Assembly: GCA_965603825.1 (NCBI GenBank)
Contig: CBFDEM010000024.1
Location: forward strand, 1 to 64,000
Direction: 5' to 3'
Origin: Blepharisma stoltei ATCC 30299
Taxonomy: Eukaryota > Protista > Ciliophora
Length of the DNA stretch: 64,000 nt
Positions 1-12,134 of this stretch are shown here, one piece after another (the stretch's first letter is position 1; every line of letters starts with the position of its first letter). Made by a program: the position numbers and the translations under genes. Under the pieces are notes generated by a model. That model did not search any database. It was not told the DNA's origin and was given only the letters and a program-made list of their open reading frames with translations.

Positions 1-1710
1 ACACCCTAACACCCTAACACCCTAACACCCTAACACCCTAACACCCTAACACCCTAACACCCTAACACCCTAACACCCTAACACCCTAACACCCTAACAC
101 CCTAACACCCTAACACCCTAACACCCTAACACCCTAACACCCTAACACCCTAACACCCTAACACCCTAACACCCTAACACCCTAACACCCTAACACCCTA
201 ACACCCTAACACCCTAACACCCTAACACCCTAACACCCTACACCCTAACACCCTAACACCCTAACACCCTAACACCCTAACACCCTAACACCCTAACACC
301 CTAACACCCTAACACCCTAACACCCTAACACCCTAACACCCTAACACCCTAACACCCTAACACCCTAACACCCTAACACCCTAACACCCTAACACCCTAA
401 CACCCTAACACCCTAACACCCTAACACCCTAACACCCTAACACCCTAACACCCTAACACCCTAACACCCTAACACCCTAACACCCTAACACCCTAACACC
501 CTAACACCCTAACACCCTAACACCCTAACACCCTAACACCCTAACACCCTAACACCCTAACACCCTAACACCCTAACACCCTAACACCCTAACACCCTAA
601 CACCCTAACACCCTAACACCCTAACACCCTAACACCCTAACACCCTAACACCCTAACACCCTAACACCCTAACACCCTAACACCCTAACACCCTAACACC
701 CTAACACCCTAACACCCTAACACCCTAACACCCTAACACCCTAACACCCTAACACCCTAACACCCTAACACCCTAACACCCTAACACCCTAACACCCTAA
801 CACCCTAACACCCTAACACCCTAACACCCTAACACCCTAACACCCTAACACCCTAACACCCTAACACCCTAACACCCTAACACCCTAACACCCTAACACC
901 CTAACACCCTAACACCCTAACACCCTAACACCCTAACACCCTAACACCCTAACACCCTAACACCCTAACACCCTAACACCCTAACACCCTAACACCCTAA
1001 CACCCTAACACCCTAACACCCTAACACCCTAACACCCTAACACCCTAACACCCTAACACCCTAACACCCTAACACCCTAACACCCTAACACCCTAACACC
1101 CTAACACCCTAACACCCTAACACCCTAACACCCTAACACCCTAACACCCTAACACCCTAACACCCTAACACCCTAACACCCTAACACCCTAACACCCTAA
1201 CACCCTAACACCCTAACACCCTAACACCCTAACACCCTAACACCCTAACACCCTAACACCCTAACACCCTAACACCCTAACACCCTAACACCCTAACACC
1301 CTAACACCCTAACACCCTAACACCCTAACACCCTAACACCCTAACACCCTAACACCCTAACACCCTAACACCCTAACACCCTAACACCCTAACACCCTAA
1401 CACCCTAACACCCTAACACCCTAACACCCTAACACCCTAACACCCTAACACCCTAACACCCTAACACCCTAACACCCTAACACCCTAACACCCTAACACC
1501 CTAACACCCTAACACCCTAACACCCTAACACCCTAACACCCTAACACCCTAACACCCTAACACCCTAACACCCTAACACCCTAACACCCTAACACCCTAA
1601 CACCCTAACACCCTAACACCCTAACACCCTAACACCCTAACACCCTAACACCCTAACACCCTAACACCCTAACACCCTAACACCCTAACACCCTAACACC
1701 CTAACACCCT
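1..1710 (+). repeat. Telomere, (CCCTAACA)n, ~214 units
   Basis: Perfect 8-mer tandem array from base 1 to ~1710, with one 7-nt variant unit (CCCTACA) at ~236-242. CCCTAACA is the heterotrich (Stentor/Blepharisma) telomere repeat. Confidence 0.99.
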
Positions 1711-1807
1711 ATTTATTAAAAATTAATATTTTCCCAAACTACATGTTTTAAAGATTTTATAAGTAAAAAGCGTAATTTATTTAATTTTCAAATAACCATC
1801 AAACCAA

Positions 1808-2498
1808 CTAAGTCTTAGAATTTTTTTCCAATGCTTTAGCTCTTTTTATGCACTCCTTTGATTCATTGTATCTTTTTAGCTTATCTAAAGTATCTCCTGC
1901 ATTTCTTCAATAAAGCGCAGAATTTGGATTTATCTTTACAGCTCAACTGTAATATTTATATTCCTCTTCAAAATTTTTTTCATTTCAAAATATATTTCCC
2001 ATTTCATTTATGCTGCATCACCGTTTGAATCAATTTCAATGACTTTTCTAAAGCACGCTTTAGCATCATCTATTTTACCCAAATATTTCATAGTATATCC
2101 TTTATTTCTGTAATAAAGTGCACACCTGGGATTTATTTCAATTGCTTTACTAAAACATCTCAAAGCTTCTAGATAATTCTTATTATCTTTATGAATCTGT
2201 CCTAATTCATTGTAAACTGTATCAAAATTTGGGTTAATTTCAATGGCACGGTTAAAACATTGTATAGCATCTGCTATATTGTTTAACCCAAAAAGAGCGT
2301 TTCCTTTATTTCTATAATAAGCTGCATTTTCTGGGTTGAGATTTATAGAGTATTCATAATATTCTAAAGCTTCTCTATATTTTTTATCATTATAATAAAT
2401 ATTCCCTATGTCGTTGCACACTGCATCTGCACCCGGATCAATTTCTAGTGCTTTGTATAAACATTCAAAAGCCTCATTTTTTCTTCTTACTTTTGCAA
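1808..2498 (-). pseudogene. TPR-repeat gene, frameshifted and 5'-degenerate, next to the telomere
   Basis: 34-aa TPRs (YRNKGNALFGLNNIADAIQCFNRAIEINP). A 1-nt deletion at ~2008 gives TAA, but TPRs continue in the shifted frame (NEMGNIFW...INPNSALYWRNAG) to TAG at 1808. In-frame TAG upstream at ~2500 and no clear ATG. Confidence 0.7.
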
Positions 2499-4089
2499 TC
2501 TAGCTATTAAAAGATCCTACTTTTAGAAGATTAATAACTCTGCAAGCAATTATTTTTTATATAGGTTATTGGATCTATCGTTAATAATTATTATAATGAT
2601 ATTGCTAGAAATTTATATAATAAATTGATTTTTACTTTAAAATATTTTGGAACCAGAATTTATTATTTATTCCATCAAAGTTTCAATTCTAATAAACGAA
2701 ATCAATTCAGAAAACGTTAATCCTGAATTCTCTCCTGTGCAATTGGAAAATAACCTTAAAGAAATTTCATTAGTAAAAATACAATCTTGCTATGAAAGGA
2801 CTTATGAAATTTTTGTTAAAAATGCAAAAAAACAGTTCTTAATGGAAAATATGAGTTTATTATTATAGATCATTCTACCAATATTCCAATTATAATTCAG
2901 TTCTAATGTTTAAGAATTTTATTTTTGGTAATTTTACTTCATGTGATAATTTTAATGCAATTTATTTTAATGAAAATATTATTATAATATTTGGAGCCTG
3001 CGAATATATTTTAGCTACAGAATAATTTTGGCAAGAAAAGCATTATATGAAGCAAGACATGAAAAAAATATTTTGCTTGTCATTAAATATGATTTTATTG
3101 CATAAGAATCTCCTTCCACGTTTATAAACACCATTAAGTTCTCTCTGAATCTATTTAGACTACTGAGCCAAAGCAAAAGTTTTCTATTGAAACAAATTAT
3201 TATTTGAGTTTGAAGAGTCTATAATTATTCGTGAATATGAATCGGTGCTCTAATCTTCCAATTCAATTAAAGGTAGAATGCCCGATAAACATCAACTAGT
3301 TACTTCAGGCAATCTTTAATTTATTAGAGCCAGGCAATTTTATATTTCCCTTCAAGCGGCGCAATAGAAAAAATGATACTTATTAGTTAAAAGCTTAGAT
3401 GCACTGCTCCAGATGGAAGTATTCTAATATTATAACTATCAGAGTTATCCCATATATTTGATTCCTTTTACCTAACTAAATAATTCTCAATTTGGGAGTC
3501 AAATAATGTAAGTCCTATATGGTCTAAAGTTTTTTTGATTTCCATTAGAAAAATCATTGAATTAAGCTAGTCCCAATGCCACAAATCAATAGAATTGGCC
3601 GTAGCAAAAAAGATAAAGAAAGTGCGGGTAAGAGATTGCACTTGATTGGATGCTGTGATATGGCCTCATATTTGAATGCGAAGTTTGAGATAAGCATTCT
3701 TGGAAACTAGGGGAGAAATTCTTCTTTGTTTTCAATTATTTATGCATATATTTGCTCTAAATAGGATTATTGATTGTATTAGTACAAGTATCAAAAATTT
3801 ATAGGTGCATCTATAAAATTTTTATCTTTCCTTCTTTTCTTTTATTATCGCCCCAAATATGAATAATTTTCAATAGTCATATATTGGTATTTATCAATGT
3901 CTTTGTATATTAGCAGTTCATTTAATAGATAACGAATTATAATTTTCTTAGACGCTACCAGTATAACTTGAAAGAAAAATCAATAACTTCACTGCCTTAT
4001 TAAGAGGCTTAATAGATCTCATTTGATGCTCTTGTGCTATTACCTATATAGCAGATTTAGATAAAATTTAGCCATTATTGTTATAATTA

Positions 4090-5849
4090 ATGGAGCTTAT
4101 GCAATGCTTCGAGCCAGGATGCAAGCATGAGGTTGAATACTCTTGCCCATGCACATCTCCTGAAACTCTATCCTGTGAATTGCATGTTTTAAAGCACATG
4201 AAGCTCCCTAACGGAGTTCATGCTTGCGACTCAATTTTTTTAGAGCCATGTCAAGAGACAAAAGAAGAAATTCTTAAGTTTCTTACAAGAAAAAAATCAA
4301 AAAATATCAAACAGAGGGGGAAAATCCTAAAATCCTTTAGCAAGCGTTTGCTTGAATCAGAAACTGAAATTAGAGAACTCTTAAAAAATTTGAATTCAGG
4401 CTCGGCTGAGCTAAACAATTATTTTACAAAAATTTCCCAAACTCAAAAACTTTTAAAATCAGAGCAAGACCCGATTTTAGGATTATTGAGATTGCAACCT
4501 GATGAAGCTGTTGAGAAATTAAAAAAAATTATTTCAACCAATCAAGAATGTTCCAAAAGTGCAAACCTATTTTGTGCTCTCAGTGAAAAAATTGAAAAAA
4601 TGATTAAGTGCTTTATCGAAGACAAATTTGAAGCTTATTTAGATAAAAGATTGTCTAATATAGAAAACACTCTTCAAGATCACAATAAAGCTATTAAATC
4701 AGTCAACGAAGAGAATAAAAAGATCATTGACTCAACTAATGATCAGATAGCAAACATCAAAGACACTATTTCTAAACTAATAAATGAGAATATAAAAAGT
4801 GAGAGAGAAATAAGAGACTGGAAAGAAAAAATAATACCTAAAGCAAAAATTGAAATAGACCCGCTTAATTCTCAAATAATTAAGACTTCTCCAGATTTGA
4901 TCAAAAATAATGAAGCAGAAAAAGCCCAAAAACCTTTGAAGAGCTAAGAGAGAAGAGATCTGAAATTTTAAATAGACTAAATGACCCAGAATTAGAGCAA
5001 GACTTTAGGAGAGCCTGCTCAAAGTACAGTAGATATATATATACTGATGATCCAACTTTCCAGCAAGCTTTTCAAGATTATACTAATGCCTATCGCCAAA
5101 AAGCATCTCTTTATACAATTATAAATAAAAACAACAAAACTAATTTGATTATTTATGATACAGAAAATGATAGTAAGGAAGTCAGGATAGTAGAGACTTC
5201 TGAACCACTTAATACTGGCACTTGTATCGCTCAGCTTCCTAATGGTAATCTATTTTGCTTTGGTAATAGCCCACCTTCTGGAGTTTCATTGATAATTGAT
5301 GAGAATTATAGAGTTCGGGAGCTTCCATCTGAAACTCCTTGCAAACACTCATCAGCTATCTATTTCAATAATAGTATTTATTGCTTTGGAGGATGAAATA
5401 ATGATGTTTTAACTCTATCAGAGAGATTTGATTTAAATGAAAATCGATGAATTAAATTAAAGCCATTGCCACAAGCTGATTTCTGTTGTAATAGTGTAAT
5501 ATTTAACGGGAATATTGTGATTTCTGGGCAGGATAATAAAAATCTTTTGAGGTATTCAATTGGTAGCAACACTTTCGCAACAATTCCTTATGATTTTCAA
5601 GCTAATAATGGCAAGATTCTTATAAGTGCAGAGAGACTTTATTTAATTGAATGTGATAATGGATCAATCTATGAAAGCGAATTGTTAAATGACACTGCCT
5701 GGCGACGAATTGGAGACTCAATAATAAATGATTTTATGCAAGTTTATTTGTCATATAATAAAGGAGGAATTAACATTGCACACCATTGGAATAAGATTAG
5801 ATATTTCAAGTTTAACTTAGAGGCAAAAATATTAATTAAGCTGGATTAA
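4090..5849 (+). CDS. B-box-like Zn finger + coiled coil + Kelch-like beta-propeller protein, with one frameshift at ~4930
   Basis: N-terminal CxxxxC..CxC..CxxH..H..H motif, coiled coil, then Kelch-like blades (LFCFG, IYCFGG, RW..L.P.P; TGA=Trp at 5394 and 5448). Adding one A to the A5 run at ~4928-4932 restores frame with sequence homologous to the downstream paralog. Confidence 0.75.
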
Positions 5850-5901
5850 AGTAATTTGCTACATAAATGGGCCTCAAGAAGCTAATGAGAAAGTGAAATT
5901 G

Positions 5902-8118
5902 ATGACCATAGCCAGCAGAGATTGATGTAACGGTGAGGAGCTGTTTTATATATTCAATCAAAAGTTAGAGAGTATAAATAGATCCTTCTTTACAGAAATA
6001 TGTGGGGCATATAAAACAAATATGCAAAATACTCCTGAAATGTATAATAAAGCTAGTAAGCCCACAAGCATAGAGTCAGCAAACGTTAAGAATTCGATTT
6101 CCTTGATAATAAATGAGAACAGAGAGAGTTTAAAAGAGCCTGAAAATGCAAAAAAACCAATAAAAAAAAGCCCAGGAAAGGAGAAAAGCTTGCTTAATTC
6201 TCAAATAAGCACCCCTACTAATGATCTCAACAATAAACCAAAGGAAACAGAAAGCGCTTTAAACCTTATAGACACCTTAAGAAATAAAAGAGCTGAGATT
6301 TTGAGTAGAGCAAACAATCCAGAATTAGAGATAGATTTCAGAGCAACTTGCTCAGCAATTCAGGTCGATTCTACTCTTTATGATCCACCACTAATGCAAG
6401 CTTACCAAGCTTATATTAATGCTCATCAGCAAAAGACATGTCTTTATACTATTACAGAAAATGTTGATAACAACAGAAATAACTTAATTATTTATAACAC
6501 TGAAACTGAAACAGAAGAAGCCGAATTCTTGGAGCTTCCAGAATCAGTAGACTGAGGCACTTGCATAGCTCAAATTCCAAATGGCAAGCTATTCTGTTTT
6601 GGTAAAGCTAATCCAGTTTCTGGAATTACAGTTCTAATTGATATGAATGGTGGAATCGAAGTGCTGCCATCTGGAACTCCTTGCTATTGATCATCATGTA
6701 TCTATTTCAACAGCTGCGTCTATTGCTTTGGAGGATTAAATGATTATGATTATTTAAATCTATCTAGTAGATTTGATTTTGATCGAAATCGCTGAATCCA
6801 ATTAGCTCCAATGCCACAAGCTGATTACTGCTGCAATACTATAATATTTAATCGAAATATTTTGATTTCTGGATGGAAAAATAGAAAACTTCTGTTATAC
6901 TCAATTGATATTGACTCTTTCTCGACAATTCCTTATAAGTTTGAAAAGGAGAATAGAAAGATCCTGATAAATGCAGAGAGACTATATTTGATTGAATGCC
7001 GTGGATCAATCTATGAAAGCGAAATTGGAAGTTACTCGAATTGGAGACGAATTAGAAAATCAGCAATCTCTTATGATCCTGGTCAAGTTTATTGCTCATA
7101 TAATAAAGCAGGAATATGCATCTCAACTATTTATGGATCGTTTAGAGAATATTATTATTTTAATTTAAATCAAAAAATCATTATTGAAGTTGCTTACTAT
7201 AATGAGCATGTCTCACTTAGAAGAGTAGGTAAAAAGATTGAAGTAAAAAAATGAAATAACCAGAATTTTAAGCTCGATCCTTATTATCAAGACGAATGAA
7301 ATCTAAAAGATGTTGCTCTAAGAGTTTTAGGAGAAAATCTAGAAATAATCGAACGCTTAGACGAAAAAATCAAACTCAATCCAAGCAAGATTAAATATTA
7401 CGATAAAAAAGGCAGCGCTTTTTATAGATTAGGAAGATATCTAGAAGCAATCAAATGCTATGACAAAGCGATCAAGCTCAATCCATACAACGCTGGCTTT
7501 TACAATGATAAAGGCAAAGCTTTTAACAGTTTAGGAAGATATCTAGAAGCACTCGAATGCTATGACGAAGCAATCAAACTTATTCCAAACAGCGCTGGCT
7601 TTTACAATGATAAAGGCAACTCTTTTTATAGTTTAGGAAGATATCTAGAAGCACTCGAATGTTATGATGAAGCAATCAAACTCAATCCAAACGATGATGA
7701 TTTTTACTGGAAGAAAGGATATGCTTTAAATAAATTAGGAAGATATCCAGAAGCAGTAGAAAGCTATGATGAAGCAATCAAATTAAATCCAAATAATGTC
7801 AAATTTTATAATCGTAAAGGCAATACTCTTTATGCTTTAGAGAGATACCAAGAAGCAAAGCAATGTTATGATAAGGCACTCAAACTTGAACCCAATAATC
7901 CTTTACATTTCTGCAACCGAGCTAGAGTATTTAATAATCTCAGACAAGAAGATGCAGCTTTGCAGGACTTTAATAAGGCTTATAATTTGATGCAAGAAAA
8001 TCAATTAAGTGATGCTTTCACTGAGGATGAATGGAAATTTTCTCAAAAAGATATCAATTTTATTAATGACGTATTAGGCCGAGACCGTATTGAGCTGTTC
8101 CAAAAATTGCAGATTTAG
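5902..8118 (+). CDS. Kelch-like propeller + C-terminal TPR array (5'-truncated paralog of the 4090 gene)
   Basis: Single open frame with TGA=Trp from ~5836 to TAG at 8116-8118. Kelch region is strongly similar to 5145-5849, followed by ~6 TPRs ([28 protein letters not shown]). First in-frame ATG is 5902 (alternative 6022). Confidence 0.8.
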
Positions 8119-8264
8119 AATATAATTTGTTTGTAATAAGCTGTCATTATAATAATTATATACTCCACTCTCTCCTTTAAATTGATACTAAGAAATTAAG
8201 AATTATTAAAGTGGCTGCGAAGCCTCTTCTTCTTATTATTTTTTTGAACTTACACGAAATTTCA

Positions 8265-9770
8265 TGTTTTTGCAAAGGATTGCTCACAAGCTATACCAAA
8301 GATATAAATTCCAGAATACATGATCTCAGCCTCCGTGATGAGCTCTACAGGAATAACCACCTTTATGTAAGAAAGCGTATCTCGATTTTAGAATTTATTT
8401 GTGACATTTTTCAAGATATTGTTTTTCAAATCCTTATAATTACTGTGATTAATTCCCTCGTAATCAGGATCATTGAATACCTTACCTCTGGCTAGATTGA
8501 ATGATCAGCAATATTGATCTTGTTTTTTTTTGTTGTGTGTGCAACTGCTACAAATGACTATGTAAAAGAATATCAGGTTATCAATCCGGGCATAGAGACA
8601 AATTTTATCACGTAATTCCAACTTGTAATGAGATCAAAATGGAAATACCTGTAAAGGCTATTTTAACAGGTAATTTGATTTATGTTTAGTTTGGAAAGGT
8701 CTTTTATGTAAATGGGATATTGATTAGAGGAAATATGCTGAGTGTAGATGAAAGTTCAATATCTTGAAAAAGCAAGCAAAAAATCAAACACGTTGTAAGG
8801 TCTAGTGATACAGACACTGAACCATTTTTGATTTCAATGGCCAAAATAAACCAAGGAAATAAAGTCTTGCTAGTTTATACAGTTGAAAATATTCAGTGCT
8901 AGAAAAAAATATAAACATGATGAATTAAGGTGATGAAGAAGCAGAATCTATTTTACAGGAAAACTTGGAGAAATGGCGTTTAATATTAGAATGTTTGGTT
9001 ATATTGCTGTGACTTTGCTGTTACTTGTGCTGATTGCCTATTTGTCGCATGATGCAATTAAACCAGAGCAATGGGGAGCTAGTGAATGGTAAGGCCTTGT
9101 GTCATCAATTATCCTTGATATCACGGTCTTGGTCGTATCTATCCCAGAAGGTCTTCCTTTCACTCCTACACTTGCAATTGCGTACGCTATTCTTCATATG
9201 AAGAAAGATAATATCACTGTAAGGTTCCTAAGAGGCTACGAAATATTGAACATTTACACAAATATTTAGTTTAACAAACCTGACAGTCTGATTCAGAATA
9301 AAATGATAGTCACCAGTGCTATGTTTTATAACCAGATTTTCAACAATATTGAAAGTGACAAGCTCACAAATTAATACTAAAAAATAATAGCTATGTTTGT
9401 TTCCAGAATTATTAACCTTTTATTATAACTAAAAATAATGAGAAAAGAGAGCATTTCAGCTGCAGGAGTAATTACACCTTATAATGATTAAACTTAGCTT
9501 ATTACATATACAGAGTTATAAAGCAGCAGAAACTTTAATGAAATTTTTATTTTAAAAGCAAATTAATGATTACTGTTTATAAAATTGTTAGTAGCGTTAG
9601 AGTTTGTACGAAAGGATTTTGATATGTTATATCGGACTTAGATGTTTTTTTGAAACTTTTGCGAATCAGAAAGAAATCCTTACCTTTAAAAAGAAGCTGA
9701 ACTTAGAAAAGCGATAAGGAACTTTTCAAATGATAGCTTAAGAGTTTTAAGTATATCTCATAATGCTATA
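8265..9770 (+). pseudogene. Decayed P2B (PMCA-type) Ca2+-ATPase, N-terminal half
   Basis: Motif remnants in the correct order across several frames and stops: ATNDYVKE.Q, LSVDESSIS(TGES), PFLIS, ITVLVVSIPEGLP..TLAIAYA...MKKDN, NKPDSL.QNKM (from DKTGTLT.N.M), FSNDSLRVL. Confidence 0.85.
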
Positions 9771-10435
9771 AACCAGTTGCTACTAGGAGTTGACAGAACA
9801 AATTCTAAAGTTGTTCAAAAAAAATGTTGAAATGTATTCGTTTTCTTAAGCTGTTTTAATAAAAACACAGAAAACTCTTAAATAGTTGGCAATTGATTGT
9901 AGAATAATTAGCTCCTCTTTTTACTATATTTTTATAACGTTACGTAAACAAAGATTTTTGCTTCTAAAACCACTATCTGGTTATTTTTTTCCTAATACCA
10001 TAGTTATTTTCAATGCAAAATTTTGATTTTAAATTCTGTATAATAATAGTATCAATTTATTCAGAAATTTCTTATAAAAATTGACAGGTGACGAATAAAA
10101 AGATAAAGCTGATCTGCTCACATGTTTATAAAGTTACTAAAGAGATTTTTATCTAATTCAGAATGAATCAACAGAATTACCTATCTATATTTACTTTTTA
10201 TTTAGCCATGAACATGGCGTATTTGGACTTAAGTAGCGAAGACTCTTGGGACGAATATTGCACAGATAGTGGCGATTTTGAAGAATTTTACGAGGAATTT
10301 TATGAAGCTAAAGAAGAAGAATTCGATGATGAAGACATGGATGAGATGGATGAAATGAAAGAATGGGAAATGGATATGGAGATGCTAGGAAAGCTAGGAA
10401 AGCTAGGCTTCAGTAGGGAAGTTGCTGGGAAAGCC

Positions 10436-10510
10436 TGGAGCATGTGTGGCGGCAATGTGGAGCATGTGTGGCGGCAATGTGGAGCATGTGTGGCGGCAAT
10501 GTGGAGCATG
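10436..10510 (+). repeat. 22-bp tandem repeat TGGAGCATGTGTGGCGGCAATG x3 plus 9-bp partial
   Basis: Three identical units at 10436, 10458 and 10480, then TGGAGCATG. Confidence 0.97.
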
Positions 10511-10587
10511 CTCTAAGACTTTTGCTAACAGAAAGAGACAAGCAAGAGGGGGCAGAAATTGCGGCAAAAATCATGGAAGAGGGAATT

Positions 10588-10880
10588 CCAGAAAACCAAG
10601 GAGAAAACCCAGAAGAAACCCCAGAAGAAACCCCAGAAGAAAACCCAGAAGAAAACCCAGAAGAAACCCCAGAAGAAAATCCAGAAGAAAACCCAGAAGA
10701 AAATCCAGAAGAGGACCCAGAAGAAAACTCAGAAGAGAGCCCAGAAGAAAACCCAGAAGAAAAATCAGAAGAAAAACCAGAAGAAAACCCAGAAGAAAAC
10801 TTAGAAGAAAACCCAGAAGAATACCCAGAAGAAAACCCAGAGGTACCCAGAGGAAAACCCAGAGGAAAATCCAGAAGAAA
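10588..10880 (+). repeat. 12-bp coding minisatellite (CCAGAAGAAAAC)n, ~24 units
   Basis: Directly visible; reads PEEN, RRKP or QKKT in the three forward frames. Confidence 0.95.
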
Positions 10881-12134
10881 TTGAAGAAATCGCTGGGAAA
10901 GTTGCAGAAATCCCTGAAGAAATTGAAGAAGAAACCCCTGGAAAAGCTAAAGGAAGACCTGTAGGGACTGAGGTTACTTGTACAAACCCCTGAAGAAGCT
11001 GAAAGTGAAGGAAAAAAGGCCTTAAGGCCTATCGGCGGCTTTTCTGCACTAAATAAACCCTAAACCCCCCTAACCTATCTATCTTTTTGTAAAATAAATT
11101 AAATGATACGTTTTGACTTTCATAATGATTAATTAATGTAAATTTAGAAAATTAACTTTTATAAAGCTAAGATGAAAAATTAATTAAAAATATAATGATT
11201 TTTGTTATCAAATAATTTTTGGGTGAATGATAACGAAGAGAAGATTGAGTTAATGCAGGTGTATTATATTTCATCTTCAATCAAAATTACAAATGAAAGT
11301 AAACGGATTTAAAATATTATTTCTGAAATATCTATAAAATACATACAAAAATTTAATCGGAATTTTTTATTTAGGATTTACTAAAAAATAATTAGTTAAA
11401 GATAATTAAAGCGAAACAATTGCTTCATTGCTACTTGATTTGTTGACTTTCCACAAAAATATTTTCAAATTACACACACAAAACAAGAGCAAATATCCTG
11501 AGTTTGTAATATGCTAGTCATAATTAAATTATGGATGTTCAAAGGATGTACCTGGTAACCTTTTTCAACAAAGACTAACCAAGCTGGTAACAACCGGTGA
11601 AGTTGATCTATGAATTTTGTTCAGGAGAACATCTGATTTCTCACAATACCTTGAAACTGATTCCATACAGTAAGGAGAATAGGTTAACGGTAAGGCTAAA
11701 CTTTTTGTAAGAGATTCTAAATATTTTAAATGCTCTTTGGTGCTGGATGAGATTCCATTGTAGCACAACATTAGAAGAGAGCCTTGATTATGGATTTTCC
11801 TTGTCAGATATTTTGATCCCACATGTGATAGGCAGGGTGAGATTTCGGTCTGGCCCCTGGTAGTAAGTCAAGGTGACCACCCGATAAACGCTAAAACCAG
11901 GGTTATTTTAGATCAATATGAAGGATTTAATGCGTTCATGCCTATCCAACAGAATTCAAACTTAATTATCTATATAATCTTTAATATGCCAGCCCAGGGA
12001 TTTATAATCATCGTTTTCATCGATATTATACCAGACAGCACACTAATCTATAAGTTCTCTTGCCGCATTACACCTTTTGGCGTAGCTGCATTCTGTATAT
12101 AATCTCATATTTGATTAATAAATTAAATTGCATT

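Larger units (their letters stand above)
10208..11056 (+). pseudogene. Acidic N-terminus + UBA domain + PEEN-repeat protein, frame broken by a 22-bp repeat expansion and a 2-nt deletion
   Basis: Collapsing the 22-bp repeat to one copy gives a UBA consensus, LGKLGFSREVAGKAWSMCGGNVEHALRLLL, followed by (PEEN)n. A second shift occurs at ~10843-10848. Confidence 0.65.

Noticed and set aside
2647-3720. Short ORF 2647-2868 and coding-like sequence at 3000-3720
   Set aside because: Non-ATG start, multiple stops in the frames examined and no recognisable motif; cannot be assigned.
3793-3823. AT-rich inverted repeat around GTGCAT
   Set aside because: Imperfect and expected by chance in very AT-rich DNA; no target-site duplication or second copy seen.
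10436-10510. Possible CRISPR-like array
   Set aside because: Units are contiguous with no spacers, and the context is eukaryotic; it is a tandem duplication.
10422-10964. Stand-alone protamine-like (RRKP) and QKKT ORFs in the track
   Set aside because: They are alternative frames of the 12-bp PEEN minisatellite with non-ATG starts; considered only as part of the frame-switch finding.
11055-11077. Telomere-like AAACCCTAAACCCCCCTAACC
   Set aside because: Too short and does not match the CCCTAACA unit; no support for an interstitial telomere or a telomerase RNA template.
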